From a bacterium (lineage in GTDB: Bacteria; Fidelibacterota; Fidelibacteria; Fidelibacterales; Fidelibacteraceae), in assembly GCA_963676395.1 (NCBI GenBank), contig OY781066.1, forward strand, positions 928,001 through 992,000: a DNA stretch of 64,000 bases, given 5' to 3'. This document shows, piece by piece, positions 62,320 to 64,000 of the stretch. The stretch's first letter is position 1. The number at the start of each line of letters is the position of its first letter. Under the pieces are notes generated by a model. That model was not told where the DNA came from, did not search any database, and worked only from the letters and a program-made list of their open reading frames with translations. The translations under genes were made by a program, and so were the position numbers.

Positions 62320-62525
62320 GATTGTAACAACTTACTAAAAATCTTTAATGGAGAATTAAAGCCGTCTTATCTCATTCCACATATCACGCAAAGCTCTAAC
62401 AAACCCTGATCAAAAACAATTCATAAATAGTTTTTACCTTTTAATTCCATCAATTTATAACTCAAATGCTTATATGACAAAGACTAAAGACAGTGGATTA
62501 TTTATCATCCTTTATCAATCATTCG

Positions 62526-64000
62526 CTATCGAACCAACATCATTTTTCTCATCATGATCGCCGGTTCTCCATCGATAATGGCTGACATACGACATAAATA
62601 TACGCCACTGGGGCAGGGCATTCCTGATGCGGTTTCACCAAACCAACGTATACTATAGTTTTGTGGTTCATGATATGAATTTGCCAGCGTAATGATCTCT
62701 TTACCCAGTAGATCATAGATTTTAACACTCACATAACCGCCCACAGGCAAAGAATAACGAACATCGGTATAACTTTGGAATGGATTGGGAATATTTGGCA
62801 ATAATTCCAATTTTACAGGATTTGCCATAAGGAATCTATCGACTTCTTTTACATTAACCGGAATATAACAAGTGATCATATCGTAGCCATCACTGATACG
62901 AATACTGACGATATCTTCGCCTGATGTAAAATTCTCCGTATAAAAAATGATAGCATTATGCTTTAAATCATACATGTGATAGGTAATATTACCATTGATA
63001 ACTTCCCACTCCAATTCGGAGTTTTTATTATCGATATCATAAACGATCTCATCCAAGTATAAGGTGTCTGAGCTATTTGCGTAGAAAGTAATAGAGTCCG
63101 GAAGTTCCATCGTAAAGTAAGGAGCATCATTTACAGCAAACACAGGAATATTCCATACCTTTTTAACCGTTTTCTTGCCATCACTTACAGATATAATGAA
63201 TTTTTCTTTTCCATACCAATCTTCATAAGGCCAGATCTCAACCAGATCTTTCTTTTTCTCAAGATAAAAATTATTCCCCGCATCAAAACTCAACGTTAAA
63301 CTATCCTCTTTGTCAGGATCAAAAACGAATTGTCTAATATAATCATAGGGTAACGCAAGCGAACCATCTTCGGCAATACTCGTATCGGGAAAAGATTTCC
63401 AACGTGGTGGATCGTTTACAGCTTGAACATTGATCTTCATAAATCCGGTATCTTTCAAACCGCCATCACTCACGACAAAGCCGATCTTTGCCGAGCCATT
63501 CCAATCGGGAGCTGAAGCGAGCGTAATACTATTTTGTCGTTCTCTTACGCTTACACCGGGCTGATCGCTAAAATAACTCCACATCAGGTCGGAACGCTTA
63601 GTCTCGACATCTGTAACATATTTACTCAGATATGATTTCGAAATGGACAAGGTATCGTCTTCTTTCCAGGAATGCGCCGGAATATCAGAAACATGAGGCT
63701 TATCATTAACCGAGATAACGCGCAATCTGTAATCCATTGTATCTGCATATTCCCCATCGCTAACGATCATTTTCAATCCTGTATTTCCATACCAATTTTT
63801 GTCTGCCTTAAGCGTAAAACCACTTTCGTTTTCTTTAAAATATATATGCGAGGCCGGCAACAAGGTCCAATCTAGATCTTTGGACGAGGTTTCGGGATCA
63901 TAAACAAGATCATACAATTCATTTTTATTTAAATTTAAGGTCTCATCTTCAAGAAAAGAGCGCTGCGTTTTCTTGCGTTTCCATGCGGGTGCATCATTCA
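62526..64000 (-). CDS. Large secreted protein with tandem cadherin/Ig-like (VNDxP, tandem-95-type) repeats and C-terminal sorting-type domain; 5' end outside the window
   Basis: Frame stays open upstream of 63917 to the window edge (NDAPAW...); VNDKP, VNDPP and VNDAP repeats; PNPF...SGVY. Confidence 0.85.
   Translation of the reverse strand, partial: NDAPAWKRKKTQRSFLEDETLNLNKNELYDLVYDPETSSKDLDWTLLPASHIYFKENESGFTLKADKNWYGNTGLKMIVSDGEYADTMDYRLRVISVNDKPHVSDIPAHSWKEDDTLSISKSYLSKYVTDVETKRSDLMWSYFSDQPGVSVRERQNSITLASAPDWNGSAKIGFVVSDGGLKDTGFMKINVQAVNDPPRWKSFPDTSIAEDGSLALPYDYIRQFVFDPDKEDSLTLSFDAGNNFYLEKKKDLVEIWPYEDWYGKEKFIISVSDGKKTVKKVWNIPVFAVNDAPYFTMELPDSITFYANSSDTLYLDEIVYDIDNKNSELEWEVINGNITYHMYDLKHNAIIFYTENFTSGEDIVSIRISDGYDMITCYIPVNVKEVDRFLMANPVKLELLPNIPNPFQSYTDVRYSLPVGGYVSVKIYDLLGKEIITLANSYHEPQNYSIRWFGETASGMPCPSGVYLCRMSAIIDGEPAIMMRKMMLVR

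Overview
Bacterial chromosomal window, AT-rich, Gram-negative. Secreted proteins carry a YPNPFNP-type C-terminal domain, which suggests an FCB-group organism such as Marinimicrobia (inference only). It spans the likely replication origin: 6S RNA, a DnaA-box cluster and dnaA with no dnaN. Housekeeping and metabolic content includes a Rex-headed Mrp/Mbx-type antiporter operon with a fused double MrpD-like subunit, an ECF sigma/anti-sigma/Spy-like triad, a VTC-DUF4956-DUF2490 triad, hutH-hutU-ftcD-hutI, trpS, dtd, radC, mutY, umuDC, bcp, an M6 protease, gcvPB, a cat-like gene and a TetR-TolC-MFP-RND efflux operon. The most unusual items are: (1) a tandem array of six diverged paralogous small beta-barrel-like genes in three pairs (22.6-25.8 kb); (2) a small accessory islet (9.2-12 kb) with SRAP, a PD-(D/E)XK nuclease, a broken DUF2188 gene and a four-helix-bundle gene; (3) inside that islet, a ~200-nt highly structured putative ncRNA behind a promoter-like motif; (4) scattered 7-/9-mer tandem micro-repeats. 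No RT, integrase, transposase, CRISPR, tRNA or rRNA was recognised. All family calls are by motif recognition, not database search.
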